This document shows, in pieces, positions 1 through 8,999 of a DNA stretch of 21,692 bases. Each line of letters starts with the position of its first letter. Position 1 is the stretch's first letter. This DNA comes from Pseudomonadota bacterium (GTDB lineage Bacteria > UBA10199 > 2-02-FULL-44-16 > JBDRGF01). Under the pieces are notes generated by a model. That model did not search any database. It worked only from the letters and a program-made list of their open reading frames with translations, and was not told the origin of the DNA. The stretch lies in assembly GCA_043818055.1 (NCBI GenBank), contig JBDRGF010000081.1, positions 1 through 21,692 on the forward strand. The letters run 5' to 3'. Made by a program: the position numbers and the translations under genes.

Positions 1-199
1 CCCACAATCCGACACTTTAAAAGTATCAAATCGACCTTAGTACATATCTAAACGCTCATAAAGCTTAAATGGGACTGTTCCATTTTTCACGACAGAGGTG
101 AAAATCAAAAAACATCAATTTACTCGCTGTTACTTACAAAATCAGCATTTGTCACAATTGATAAAAATTTCACTGTCGGATTGTGGCGACAATTTCGGA

Positions 200-295
200 C
201 AATTTAATTTCCACAAGTGACAATGTAATAATATTAAATTGTTTCGAGTACTTGTGCCGATCATTTAGCCGGAAATTTAATTATCACGGTGCTAG
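200..295. repeat. Dispersed ~96-bp AT-rich non-coding element, copy 1
   Basis: 200-258 aligns ungapped to 9290-9348 at 52/59 identity; both copies then share AAATTTAATT-N5-GGTRCTAG (273-295 and 9364-9386). Confidence 0.85.
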
Positions 296-323
296 GGCAT
301 ACTTCAACACATCAAATTCGCTC

Positions 324-353
324 TTGCGCTCATTCACTTACGAATGTTACTCT
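324..353 (+). promoter_or_regulatory. Putative sigma-70 promoter of amrS, possibly leaderless
   Basis: TTGCGC-N18-TACTCT with extended -10 TGn, 7 nt before ATG 361; no Shine-Dalgarno. Confidence 0.5.
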
Positions 354-360
354 TTCAAAC

Positions 361-1362
361 ATGAAAGAAGCAATGCTTTATACTTTAGAAAAAGAGCAGA
401 GGGTCAAATGTCATCTCTGTCGGCATGGGTGTATCGTATATGATGGAAAGCGCGGTATCTGCAATGTCAGGGAGAATCGCGCGGGGAAATTGTTTTCGAT
501 CCTCTATGGAAAACCGTGTACGATATCCGTCGATCCGATTGAAAAAAAACCGCTCTTTCATTTTTATCCGGGCTCTAAATCGCTCTCTCTCTGCACGCTC
601 GGGTGCAACTTCAAATGCAGCTTCTGTCAGAACTGGAGGATTTCGCAATATGAGGATCAGGGTGATGATGATACGGTCTCCCCTGAAGAGGTTGTAGCAC
701 TTGCAAAAGAGCACGCTGTTAAAAGCATATCCTACACATACACAGAGCCTACAATTTTTTTCGAATACGCATACGACATCGCAAAGCTTGCAAAGGATGC
801 CGACATCGCCAACAACTTCGTGACAAACGGATATATGACAAGAGAGGCGCTCGACACGATTAAACCATATCTCGACGCCACGAATATCGATCTAAAATCC
901 TTTCGCAAGGACACATATCGCAAATACATGAAAGCAGGGCTCGATGGCGTACTCGATTCGATAAAATATATGAAGGAGCTTGGAATCTGGATCGAGGTAA
1001 CAACACTGATCGTGCCCGGCATGAACGATGACGAGAGCGAACTCAAAGATATCGCCAATTTTCTTGTGAACACCGGACGCGATATACCGTGGCACATAAG
1101 CAGATTCACACCGCAATACAAAGAGACCGACCGGCCACCGACACCTGTGAAAAAACTCTACCGCGCTTATGAGATCGGAAAAGAGGCGGGAATAAATTAT
1201 GTCTATGTCGGAAACCTCCCGACAGATGAAAAGGAGAACACATATTGCCACGGCTGCAACGCTCTTCTGATAGAGAGATCCGGTTTTTCCGTTGTAAAAA
1301 ATTCACTCGAACCTAAAGGGATTTGCTCTAACTGTAAGACTAAGATTGCTGGGGTGTTTTGA
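361..1362 (+). CDS. amrS: AmmeMemoRadiSam system radical SAM enzyme (PflA-like)
   Basis: N-terminal MKEAMLY...CHLCRHGC...GICNVREN, DPIEKKPLFHFYPG, CxxxCxxC (GCNFKCSFCQN), YTYTEP, PWHISRF, C-terminal CHGC...CSNC. Start placed at ATG 361 rather than 289. Confidence 0.9.
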   Translation: MKEAMLYTLEKEQRVKCHLCRHGCIVYDGKRGICNVRENRAGKLFSILYGKPCTISVDPIEKKPLFHFYPGSKSLSLCTLGCNFKCSFCQNWRISQYEDQGDDDTVSPEEVVALAKEHAVKSISYTYTEPTIFFEYAYDIAKLAKDADIANNFVTNGYMTREALDTIKPYLDATNIDLKSFRKDTYRKYMKAGLDGVLDSIKYMKELGIWIEVTTLIVPGMNDDESELKDIANFLVNTGRDIPWHISRFTPQYKETDRPPTPVKKLYRAYEIGKEAGINYVYVGNLPTDEKENTYCHGCNALLIERSGFSVVKNSLEPKGICSNCKTKIAGVF

Positions 1363-1369
1363 TTAGAGA

Positions 1370-2248
1370 TTAGGAGATGACTCTGTTATTTTCTTTTCGA
1401 ATTTCTTTTTCTTTCTCTCTGAGTTGCTTATCCACTTCTTTTTGGCGAGATGCGATCAGCCTTCTTTGCTCAATGATCTGCTGTTGCTGGAAGCGGCCAT
1501 TATCGATCTGACTTCTGGCTTCAACTGCAAACTTCTGAGCCTGATGCGAGAGTTGATTACGGTTTGTTAAAAGCTTCTCTTCGCTCTGTCTTGCATTTAT
1601 CTGATTTTGCTGAAATCGATTACCCTGATCTTGTACCGCAAGAGCTTGCTGATCTACAAGCTGTCGATCCGGTTTCTGAATATTTTGAATTTCGTTAAAC
1701 TGCTCCGGCTGTATATTAGTTCCGAATCTAGACCCTGAAATAGCCTGTGCTAAGGCAATCTGAGCACGTTTCATGTAGATACCGACATTTTCGCGCATCT
1801 TTCTTAATTTATTCTTCGCATTCTCAATTCCAACTCTCCACCAATGACGTAGGTTTTTTTCAAAATAGTATTTTTTCTGTGCAAGCGACTCGCGTGCAAT
1901 TTTTAAGCTTTCAGACTGTTTTTCCAGCTGAACCTTTTGCAGTCCAAGCTGCTTGCTATTACCTTCGATTTGATTTCTCAAAGAAGCAAGTTCCAGCTCT
2001 TTTTGCCTGTGAGCTGCAGGAATTGCTTGTTGTAAATTATATTTTGCGGAATTTAATTTCTGAGCGTTTTCTCTTCCGGTATGTTTTAACTGCTTCTTGG
2101 CAGCCTCTAACTGTTGTTTCTCCCTCCGAAGCACATATAGGCGCTGCTTCTTCTGCTCTTCCTTGGCGCGTTTTTCACGCTCCTTGGCCTCACGCCTTTG
2201 GTCTGCAACGCGTCTATCTAATTCGGCCCTTGTTAATGGGGGTGCCAT
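1370..2248 (-). CDS. Orphan Q/K/E/R-rich coiled-coil protein, 292 aa
   Basis: Long ORF with GAGGAG RBS, helical heptad-like composition, dedicated upstream promoter-like motif; convergent with amrS. Confidence 0.75.
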   Translation of the reverse strand: MAPPLTRAELDRRVADQRREAKEREKRAKEEQKKQRLYVLRREKQQLEAAKKQLKHTGRENAQKLNSAKYNLQQAIPAAHRQKELELASLRNQIEGNSKQLGLQKVQLEKQSESLKIARESLAQKKYYFEKNLRHWWRVGIENAKNKLRKMRENVGIYMKRAQIALAQAISGSRFGTNIQPEQFNEIQNIQKPDRQLVDQQALAVQDQGNRFQQNQINARQSEEKLLTNRNQLSHQAQKFAVEARSQIDNGRFQQQQIIEQRRLIASRQKEVDKQLREKEKEIRKENNRVIS

Positions 2249-2273
2249 AAATTACAATTCTCCTCACTATTAT

Positions 2274-2300
2274 TATCGGCTATAGATACCCTGAAGTTGC
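2274..2300 (-). promoter_or_regulatory. Putative alternative-sigma (sigma-28-like) promoter, site 1
   Basis: Minus strand GCAACT-N14-GCCGATA(A), 25 nt upstream of ATG 2248. Confidence 0.7.
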
Positions 2301-2413
2301 GTTTTATTACAATATTTTTTTAAGCAATTTCAAATGGTTACAATACAAACCTAATTCGACACAATCGATGCAACATACCGTAAAATAAAGTGTTTTCACT
2401 TATAGTATACAGC

Positions 2414-3478
2414 TTATAGCTGAATTTCCAGCATCCTATCCAGTGCCAGTTTGGCATCTTTTGCTGTAAGATCGGGGACTTGGATCTCATTTACCTTGCC
2501 GATCTCATCCAGCGTCCATGTTAAATCATCCAAACCAACTCTAAACATATTAGCACATAATGATCTGGCCAGTGGAACGACCCGTTTTGAGGGATTATCT
2601 CTCGCCAGCCTTGAGACAAAGCTCACCTCAGTTCCAACTATGATCGTCTCACCCGATTTGGCCTCTTCGACATATTTTTTTATAAATGCGGTTGAGCCGG
2701 AGGCATCCGAGATATCTACGACATCTTCATTCGATTCCGGATGAACAATCACTTTGCAGCCCGGATATCGTTTTCTTGCATCCTTCACATGATCTGTCGT
2801 GAAAAATGTATGGACGTGACAAAAACCTTTCCAGAGGATGAGCTTCGCGCGCTTCAATTCCGCAGCACTCACTCCGCCATTTTCCTCTTGCGGATCCCAG
2901 AGGGCTATCTCATCCTTTGATATTCCCATCGACTTAGCGGTATTGCGCCCCAGATTTTCGTCGGGAAAGAAAAAGATTTTTGATTTTTTGCCAAGGCCCC
3001 ATTCGAGAACTTTTTTCGCCGATGATGATGTGCAGGTCGCGCCACCATTTCTTCCGCAGAAAGATTTAAGCTCGGCTGAAGAATTTATATATGTGACAGG
3101 CGTCAGATCGTTTGCGATTCCCAATTTTTCAAGTTCAACCCACGCGGATTCTACCTGCTCGATATCCGCCAAATCCGCAAGAGGACATCCCGCAAGAGGA
3201 TCAGGAAGAAAGACCTTTTGATCGGGCTTTGCCAACACGCTCGCAACCTCAGCCATAAAACGCACACCACAGAAAACGATATATTTCGCCTTCCCATTTT
3301 CACTGCCCACCTTCGCAAGCTGATAGCTGTCCCCCACAGCATCGGCGAATTCGACGATCTCGTCCCTCTGATAGTAGTGGCTCAAAATGAAAAGCTCTTC
3401 GCCAAGTTTTTTCTTCACCTTGGCAATTCGTTTCTTCAAATCTTCCGGTGACATGTTTAAATATTTATCTGGTATCAT
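2414..3478 (-). CDS. nadA: Quinolinate synthase A
   Basis: HYYQRDE, GDSYQLA, FCGVRFMAE, GCPLAD, YINSSA, CTSS, FPDENLG, GFCHVH, VHPE, GTE, LCANM motifs; three [4Fe-4S] cysteines. Confidence 0.95.
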   Translation of the reverse strand: MIPDKYLNMSPEDLKKRIAKVKKKLGEELFILSHYYQRDEIVEFADAVGDSYQLAKVGSENGKAKYIVFCGVRFMAEVASVLAKPDQKVFLPDPLAGCPLADLADIEQVESAWVELEKLGIANDLTPVTYINSSAELKSFCGRNGGATCTSSSAKKVLEWGLGKKSKIFFFPDENLGRNTAKSMGISKDEIALWDPQEENGGVSAAELKRAKLILWKGFCHVHTFFTTDHVKDARKRYPGCKVIVHPESNEDVVDISDASGSTAFIKKYVEEAKSGETIIVGTEVSFVSRLARDNPSKRVVPLARSLCANMFRVGLDDLTWTLDEIGKVNEIQVPDLTAKDAKLALDRMLEIQL

Positions 3479-3499
3479 AAAAACTCCAAAACTCTTTTA

Positions 3500-3552
3500 C
3501 CCCCTCCAACTCCCCCCAGTTATTCAACGGGGCATGCCTTATCAAGGGGGAG
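3500..3552. repeat. REP-like palindrome with a nested hairpin insertion
   Basis: Removing 3515-3536 (CCCAGTTATTCAACGGGGCATG) restores a perfect CTCCCCCTT-ATC-AAGGGGGAG stem-loop preceded by CCCCCTCCAA. Confidence 0.65.
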
Positions 3553-3567
3553 CGTATCCACGGAGCG

Positions 3568-5463
3568 TCACTTTATCAGCTCGACAAACTCGCTCTCCGA
3601 AATTATCTCCACCTTTCCACCCTTCTCTTTCAGCCTTTTTGCCTTGTCGAGTTTGGAGCCCACACTTCCTTCGTCTCCTACCACTAGATAATCGACATCC
3701 TTCGTAACGGTTGAAGCCGACCTTCCGCCATGTTCCTCAACCCTTCTGATGGCATCCGATCTTGTCATAGCAGAGAGGCTTCCCGTGAAGAGGAATGTTT
3801 TGCCGAAAAACTTTCCCTCCCTTTGAACACCCTCCCCCTCAATCAACTTCACTTGTTTCAAAAGTTTGTCGATCAATGCTGATTTTTTCTTCAAACCATT
3901 GACGATATCGGCAGCTATCACCTCTCCGAATCCGTGGATCGTTGAGAGTTCTTCAACTGTGAGGGAGCGAATTCGCTTCAATGTTTTGAACTGCAACAAT
4001 ATCTGTGATGCGCTCTTCCCGAGTTCACGGATGCCAAGCGAGCGCAAAAAGACATCGAGGGCTAATTCTCGTCTGGCCTCTATATTTGAAAGAAGTTTAC
4101 TGGAGAGAGTCTCACCCATTCTCTCAAGCCGCATTAGTTCATCCTCCGTGAGAGAGTAAAATTCATCTGCGTCCGTCACAAGGCCCGTCGTGTAGAGTTG
4201 TTCCACCAGCTTGTCGCCAAAGCCATCACACTCTATCGTCTGGATGAAGTGTAACAGCTCACCCACCTTGCTCTTCACGCAATTATTCGAATTTTTGCAG
4301 TAGAGAAAATCATCCCGCTCTTCGACATCTCCACCGCAGGATGGACAACGCTTAGGAATCACAACCTTGCCGCTTCCTGTCTCCACAACCTCTTCGAGAT
4401 GCGGGATGACGCCCCCACGGCGCATCATCACCACCTTCGAGTTTGGCGTCGCGCCTATTTTTTTGAGCCAGCCGATGTTGTGAAGAGAGGATCGTTTTAC
4501 TATAGCCCCAGAAAGTTCTATCGGATCGACTATGCCAATAGGTGTGATGAGGCCGCTTCTTGAGACACTCCATTCAATCTCCCTCAAAGTCGTCACACCC
4601 GACTCGCCCTGAAATTTATACGCTATCGCATAGCGCGGGTGATGAGCGGTATTGCCAAGCCGCTTTTGCTCGGAGATAAGATCGGCCTTGAAAACAATAC
4701 CATCAGTCTCGAAATCGTAATCGGAACGTTCTTTAAAAAAAGTATCACAGACTTCTTCTATTTTTCCGCGATCAACAACTTGTTTGTTTTCTATAATAAT
4801 GATTTTTTCTTTTTTAAGTTTTTCTAACAAATCATGAGTATATTCTGAATTGAGTCCCAACACATCATAAGCTAAGAATCTGAGCTCATATGCCGCGGTT
4901 TTTTTGGGATCCTTCTGTTTCACTGCACCTGCTGCAAGGTTTCTTGGGTTTGAAAATTTATCCTTAAACTTTTTAAAAACAGATAAGGGCATGTAGATCT
5001 CACCTCTAATCTCAACATCCTTAAAAGCTATTTTCTGAGGTATATCCCTTATCTCTTTGACGTTCTGAGTGATTTCTTCACCTACAACTCCGTTGCCGCG
5101 TGTCGAGGCTTGAGCAAGCCTTCCATTTTTATCGTATTTTAAAGAGACGGCCAGACCATCCACCTTGGGACTAGCTATTACGGCACCCTGAAACTTCGAT
5201 CTCCATTCGCGAAGGGTCTTGTCATCATAGCATTTGTCCAAGGATAACATCGGAACATCGTGTCTGATCTTCTTTCCCCTCTTTGTTAAGTCGCTCCCAA
5301 TTTCATCAAGCACTTTCGAATCAGGCTTGAGCTTTTTTAGCTCCTCAACTAGGCGATCGAAATCAAAATCGGATATTTCCGGTTTGTGTTTTTCGAAATA
5401 TAGTTTATTGTGATGCGAAATCACCTTTTCAAGTTCGGCGATGCGCATTTGATTCTCAGTCAT
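3568..5463 (-). CDS. ligA: NAD-dependent DNA ligase
   Basis: Domain Ia (HNKLYF..PEISD..FD), PMLSL, KVDG adenylation motif, STRGNG, EIRGE, NPRN, DGIVFK, AIAYKF, C4 zinc finger, HhH repeats, C-terminal BRCT; GAGGGA RBS. Confidence 0.95.
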   Translation of the reverse strand: MTENQMRIAELEKVISHHNKLYFEKHKPEISDFDFDRLVEELKKLKPDSKVLDEIGSDLTKRGKKIRHDVPMLSLDKCYDDKTLREWRSKFQGAVIASPKVDGLAVSLKYDKNGRLAQASTRGNGVVGEEITQNVKEIRDIPQKIAFKDVEIRGEIYMPLSVFKKFKDKFSNPRNLAAGAVKQKDPKKTAAYELRFLAYDVLGLNSEYTHDLLEKLKKEKIIIIENKQVVDRGKIEEVCDTFFKERSDYDFETDGIVFKADLISEQKRLGNTAHHPRYAIAYKFQGESGVTTLREIEWSVSRSGLITPIGIVDPIELSGAIVKRSSLHNIGWLKKIGATPNSKVVMMRRGGVIPHLEEVVETGSGKVVIPKRCPSCGGDVEERDDFLYCKNSNNCVKSKVGELLHFIQTIECDGFGDKLVEQLYTTGLVTDADEFYSLTEDELMRLERMGETLSSKLLSNIEARRELALDVFLRSLGIRELGKSASQILLQFKTLKRIRSLTVEELSTIHGFGEVIAADIVNGLKKKSALIDKLLKQVKLIEGEGVQREGKFFGKTFLFTGSLSAMTRSDAIRRVEEHGGRSASTVTKDVDYLVVGDEGSVGSKLDKAKRLKEKGGKVEIISESEFVELIK

Positions 5464-5573
5464 GATCGTCCCTCAACATTTTTGCTTTTCATTCAGACTT
5501 TCAACTGATATTTAGACCGATAGAAATTAAAAAGCAAGATATGAGAAGTCAACCTATCTTACCAGGAGAAACG

Positions 5574-8132
5574 ATGAGTTTTTCAAAATTCACACTAAAG
5601 AATGGCATGCAGGTAGTCCTCGAAGAGGATCATTCCTCCCCCGTAGTCTCTTTAAATGTTGTTATAAGAGCCGGCAGCGCGATGGAAGAGACTCGTGAGT
5701 GGGGAATCGCGCATGTGATTGAACATATGTTGTTTAAGGGGACTCCCACCAGGGGGGTTGGCACCATAGCCCGCGAAGTTGAGGCGGCTGGCGGCGAGAT
5801 CAACGCATATACATCGATCGATCACACGCTCTATTACATCAACATGGCATCCCAGTTTGCAAAGAAAGGCCTCAGTATCCTCTCCGACACAGTTAAAAAT
5901 CCCCTCTTCGATCAGGGGGAGCTAGACAGAGAAAAAGAGGTGATAATAGAGGAGATCAGGAGATCTAAAGACCTTCCCTCCTCTCGTGTGAGCGAGAATC
6001 TCTTCAAGCTCGCCTTCGGCACGCATCCCTTTGGACATCCGGTTATCGGAACTGAAAGACATGTAAGATCTTTCAAAAGAAAGGATCTCATTTCATTTTT
6101 CAAAAAGTGGTACACGCCGCAATTTATGAGCATAGTTATAGTTGGGGATTTTAACACGAAGCAGATGTTGCAGCTTCTGGAACGAGAATTCAGAACTCTT
6201 ACAAAAAAAGCTGCTTCCCCCGAGCCCCACATAATGGTGCCGCCGCACAGAAAGATCAAAATTCATACTGAATCGTCGAATATACAGAACACGCACATGA
6301 CGCTCGGCTATCACATTCCCGAAATTCGCCATGAGGATGTTCCTGCCCTCGATATCCTCTCCTTCATTCTTGGGGGTAGCGATTCATCCCGCCTCGAACA
6401 GGAGATAAAGGAGAAGAGGCAACTGGTGCATCAGATCTCATCTGGGACATACACGCCAAGATTCTGCGGACAGTTTATGGTGAGCGCGGTGCTCAGGGAT
6501 GCCGAAACGCAGAAGGTGATTCAGGCGATAGGTGATGAGATATCAAGAATTTCAACTCAAGGGATATCACAATCTGAGCTCTCTCGTGCAAAGCTGAATT
6601 TACAAGCAAGTCAGATATACGACAAGGAGACCGTCGGCGGCCAAGCCTCTAAACTAGCTTATTTCCTGGCGACAACAGGAAGTGCGGACTTTGAGCGAGA
6701 CTTTTTTCAAAGACTACATTCGGTGACGGATGGGGATGTGAGAAGTGTTTGCCAAAAATATCTACAGCCGAAAAATTCCGCCATATCGATACTGACTCCG
6801 AATGGTTCTCGCTGGAATAAGGCGAAGGCCACACTCAACAGAACTCTTGCCAGATCGTACACACCCCCTAAAAGTTCTTCTGTACAAAGTGCAGATACAA
6901 AACCCGAAGTGATCAGACTCAAAAACGGCATGACCCTCGTCTGCAAGGAGATACACAAACTGCCAATCGTATCTCTTGGAGTATTTGGCAAAGGGGGTTT
7001 GAGATTTGAAAACGCTCACAACAACGGTATCAGCATGCTGACAGCAAGGGCACTTACAAAAGGGACTAAGAATTTAAGCGCGATGGATATCGCACAGAAG
7101 TCAGAGATGATCGCGGGAAGCATAGATGGAATAGCGGGCAGAAACTCGATCGGCATCAAATGTGAATTCCTCTCATCCTTTTTGAATGATGGATTCGACC
7201 TTTTCGCGGATATAGTTGCAAACCCATCCTTTGCCGAAGATGAGGTGGAAAAAGAGAAGGCTATGCTTTTGCAGGAAATTAAAGATCATAACGATATGCT
7301 CCACTCAAAGGCGTTCGACGCCGCCCTTAAAAATCTCTTTCCGGATCACCCTTACGGGCTGCCTGTAATAGGAAAAAAGAAGAGCGTCACATCATTAACG
7401 CCTGCCTCCCTGAAAAAGTTCTTCTTCAATTCGATCAGAAAGAGGGATTTGGTCATCGTAGCGGTCGGCGACATAACTTCACACAGCATTGAAGATCTTA
7501 TCGAGGAAAAATTAAAAGGGATCCCATCGGGTCATATCGTGACTCCGAAAATTCCGGTCGAGCCTCCCCTCACAGGGATAAAGCTTGTCGAAGAGGAGGT
7601 CGATGAGAAAGAACAAGCGCATATGGTAATCGCCTTTCCGGGCACGACGATGTTCAGCGCTGACCGTTTCCCTCTGACAGTATTGAACAGCGTGCTGACC
7701 GGTCAGGGTGGAAAACTCTTTCAAACTTTAAGGGATAAAATGGGGCTCGCCTACTCGATATTTTCAACGACAATCGAGGGAGTCGATGCCGGCCTTTTTG
7801 CGATCTACATCGGGACAGAACCTGCAAAACTTGAGAAGGCAAAGTCAGGAATCCTCAATGAATTGAAACTCCTTCTTAAAAACGGTGTCACTAAAACAGA
7901 GGTCGCCAGAGCCAAACAATATATCGCGGGCACATATTCGCTCGACCTGCAAAAACAGAGCGGCCTCGCCACGAGATACGCGATGAGTCAGCTCTATGAA
8001 CTTGGAGTGGAAAACGTAAAAGATTATCCCAAAAAGATCATGGCAGTAAAATCAGCCGACATCAACGCAGTGATCGAAAAATACATCAACCTCGATTCGT
8101 ATGTCATGTCGATTGTAAAACCCGGCAACTAA
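5574..8132 (+). CDS. M16-family zinc peptidase (pitrilysin/insulinase type, two fused halves)
   Basis: HxxEH (HVIEH) plus NAYTS and EKEVIIEE in the N-half; C-half lacks the zinc motif but has LRDKMGLAY. AGGAG RBS supports ATG 5574 over 5541. Confidence 0.92.
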   Translation: MSFSKFTLKNGMQVVLEEDHSSPVVSLNVVIRAGSAMEETREWGIAHVIEHMLFKGTPTRGVGTIAREVEAAGGEINAYTSIDHTLYYINMASQFAKKGLSILSDTVKNPLFDQGELDREKEVIIEEIRRSKDLPSSRVSENLFKLAFGTHPFGHPVIGTERHVRSFKRKDLISFFKKWYTPQFMSIVIVGDFNTKQMLQLLEREFRTLTKKAASPEPHIMVPPHRKIKIHTESSNIQNTHMTLGYHIPEIRHEDVPALDILSFILGGSDSSRLEQEIKEKRQLVHQISSGTYTPRFCGQFMVSAVLRDAETQKVIQAIGDEISRISTQGISQSELSRAKLNLQASQIYDKETVGGQASKLAYFLATTGSADFERDFFQRLHSVTDGDVRSVCQKYLQPKNSAISILTPNGSRWNKAKATLNRTLARSYTPPKSSSVQSADTKPEVIRLKNGMTLVCKEIHKLPIVSLGVFGKGGLRFENAHNNGISMLTARALTKGTKNLSAMDIAQKSEMIAGSIDGIAGRNSIGIKCEFLSSFLNDGFDLFADIVANPSFAEDEVEKEKAMLLQEIKDHNDMLHSKAFDAALKNLFPDHPYGLPVIGKKKSVTSLTPASLKKFFFNSIRKRDLVIVAVGDITSHSIEDLIEEKLKGIPSGHIVTPKIPVEPPLTGIKLVEEEVDEKEQAHMVIAFPGTTMFSADRFPLTVLNSVLTGQGGKLFQTLRDKMGLAYSIFSTTIEGVDAGLFAIYIGTEPAKLEKAKSGILNELKLLLKNGVTKTEVARAKQYIAGTYSLDLQKQSGLATRYAMSQLYELGVENVKDYPKKIMAVKSADINAVIEKYINLDSYVMSIVKPGN

Positions 8133-8135
8133 AGT

Positions 8136-8151
8136 TGGCACCAAACTTGCT
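8136..8151 (+). promoter_or_regulatory. Sigma-54 (-24/-12) consensus site between convergent genes
   Basis: TGGCAC-CAAAC-TTGCT, exact GG-N10-GC spacing. Confidence 0.5.
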
Positions 8152-8846
8152 TACCTTTTCCCAACACCGGGTGTAGGGGGTACACCCGGTGTTGATTTTG
8201 GCTGGTCATTCCAGCCGTTCAACGGGCATTCACCACACTTGGGATTTTTTGGTCGGCAGAAGTTCTTGCCGACTTCTACAAGCTGGGCATGATATTCGTT
8301 GAAGAGGGTGACATCCTCTGAAAGATTGTCCATGAAATATTCCTGAAGCTCGTAATAATCCGCAGCCTCATCGCACATGTTGTGGCGCAAAAGGATTCGC
8401 TTTGTATACGCATCAATAACAAATGTCGGTTTTTCCAGCGCATAGAGCAGGATGGAATCGACTGTCTCTGGCCCAATCCCGGAGACAGAGAGAAGTTCCT
8501 CTCTCAACGATGAGAGAGATCTCTGTTTCATAGCTTCAACATCGCCATCATACTCGCCAATATAATAGTTTAGAAAATTTTTGAGTCTCTTCGTCTTAAC
8601 ATTAAAAAAGCCGGCCGGTTTGATCAGTTCAGCGAGTCGATCCAATGGCAAGTCCAACATCATTTTAGGATACAAAACCGCAGCGCTCTTCAGATTATCG
8701 ATCGCCTTTTCGACATTCTTCCAGCTCGTATTCTGCGTGAGGATCGCCCCTACCATCACTTCAAACGGAGAATCGCCGGGCCACCAGTGTCTCGGGCCGA
8801 AACGCTGTAGCATCAGATCAAAGGCCTGTTTGAGAATGGGATTCAT
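8151..8846 (-). CDS. HhH-GPD superfamily / endonuclease III-related DNA repair protein
   Basis: HWWPGDSPFEVMVGAILTQNTSWKNVEKA, PAGFFNVK, HhH LLSVSGIGPETVDSILLYA, VIDAY, partial FCL motif CRPKNPKCGECPL; GGTGAGG RBS supports ATG 8846. Confidence 0.88.
   Translation of the reverse strand: MNPILKQAFDLMLQRFGPRHWWPGDSPFEVMVGAILTQNTSWKNVEKAIDNLKSAAVLYPKMMLDLPLDRLAELIKPAGFFNVKTKRLKNFLNYYIGEYDGDVEAMKQRSLSSLREELLSVSGIGPETVDSILLYALEKPTFVIDAYTKRILLRHNMCDEAADYYELQEYFMDNLSEDVTLFNEYHAQLVEVGKNFCRPKNPKCGECPLNGWNDQPKSTPGVPPTPGVGKR
8162..8194. repeat. Perfect 14-bp inverted repeat, possible bidirectional terminator or REP-like insert
   Basis: CAACACCGGGTGTA-GGGGG-TACACCCGGTGTTG inside the 3' end of the HhH-GPD gene, encoding STPGVPPTPGVG. 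Confidence 0.8.
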
Positions 8847-8859
8847 CGTAAAAACCTCA

Positions 8860-8925
8860 CCCCCATCCGCCCTGCGCCATGTCATGCGACATGGCAAGGG
8901 CACCTTCCCCCATTCAGGTGGAAGG
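8860..8925. repeat. REP/RIME-like double hairpin with nested 20-bp palindrome
   Basis: CCCCCATCCGCCCT..GGGCACCTTCCCCC-ATTCA-GGTGGAAGG scaffold with GCCATGTC-ATGC-GACATGGC (8876-8895) in the first loop. Confidence 0.65.
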
Positions 8926-8999
8926 GCAAGATTGTTGAGTATTTCACTACATGCCACATGCGCTTTTCTGAAATTGTGCAATATAAGATTATAATTTGA

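Noticed and set aside
183..443. 86-aa ORF and the GTG 289 start for amrS
   Set aside because: Span the non-coding repeat and promoter; the family N-terminus begins at MKEAMLY (361)
5497..5523. ACCGATAG upstream of the M16 peptidase as a sigma-28 -10
   Set aside because: Nearest TCAACT is only 9 nt away, which is the wrong spacing
8847..8981. N-terminal extension of the endonuclease III-like ORF
   Set aside because: Reads through a palindromic repeat; RBS and family-like sequence start at 8846
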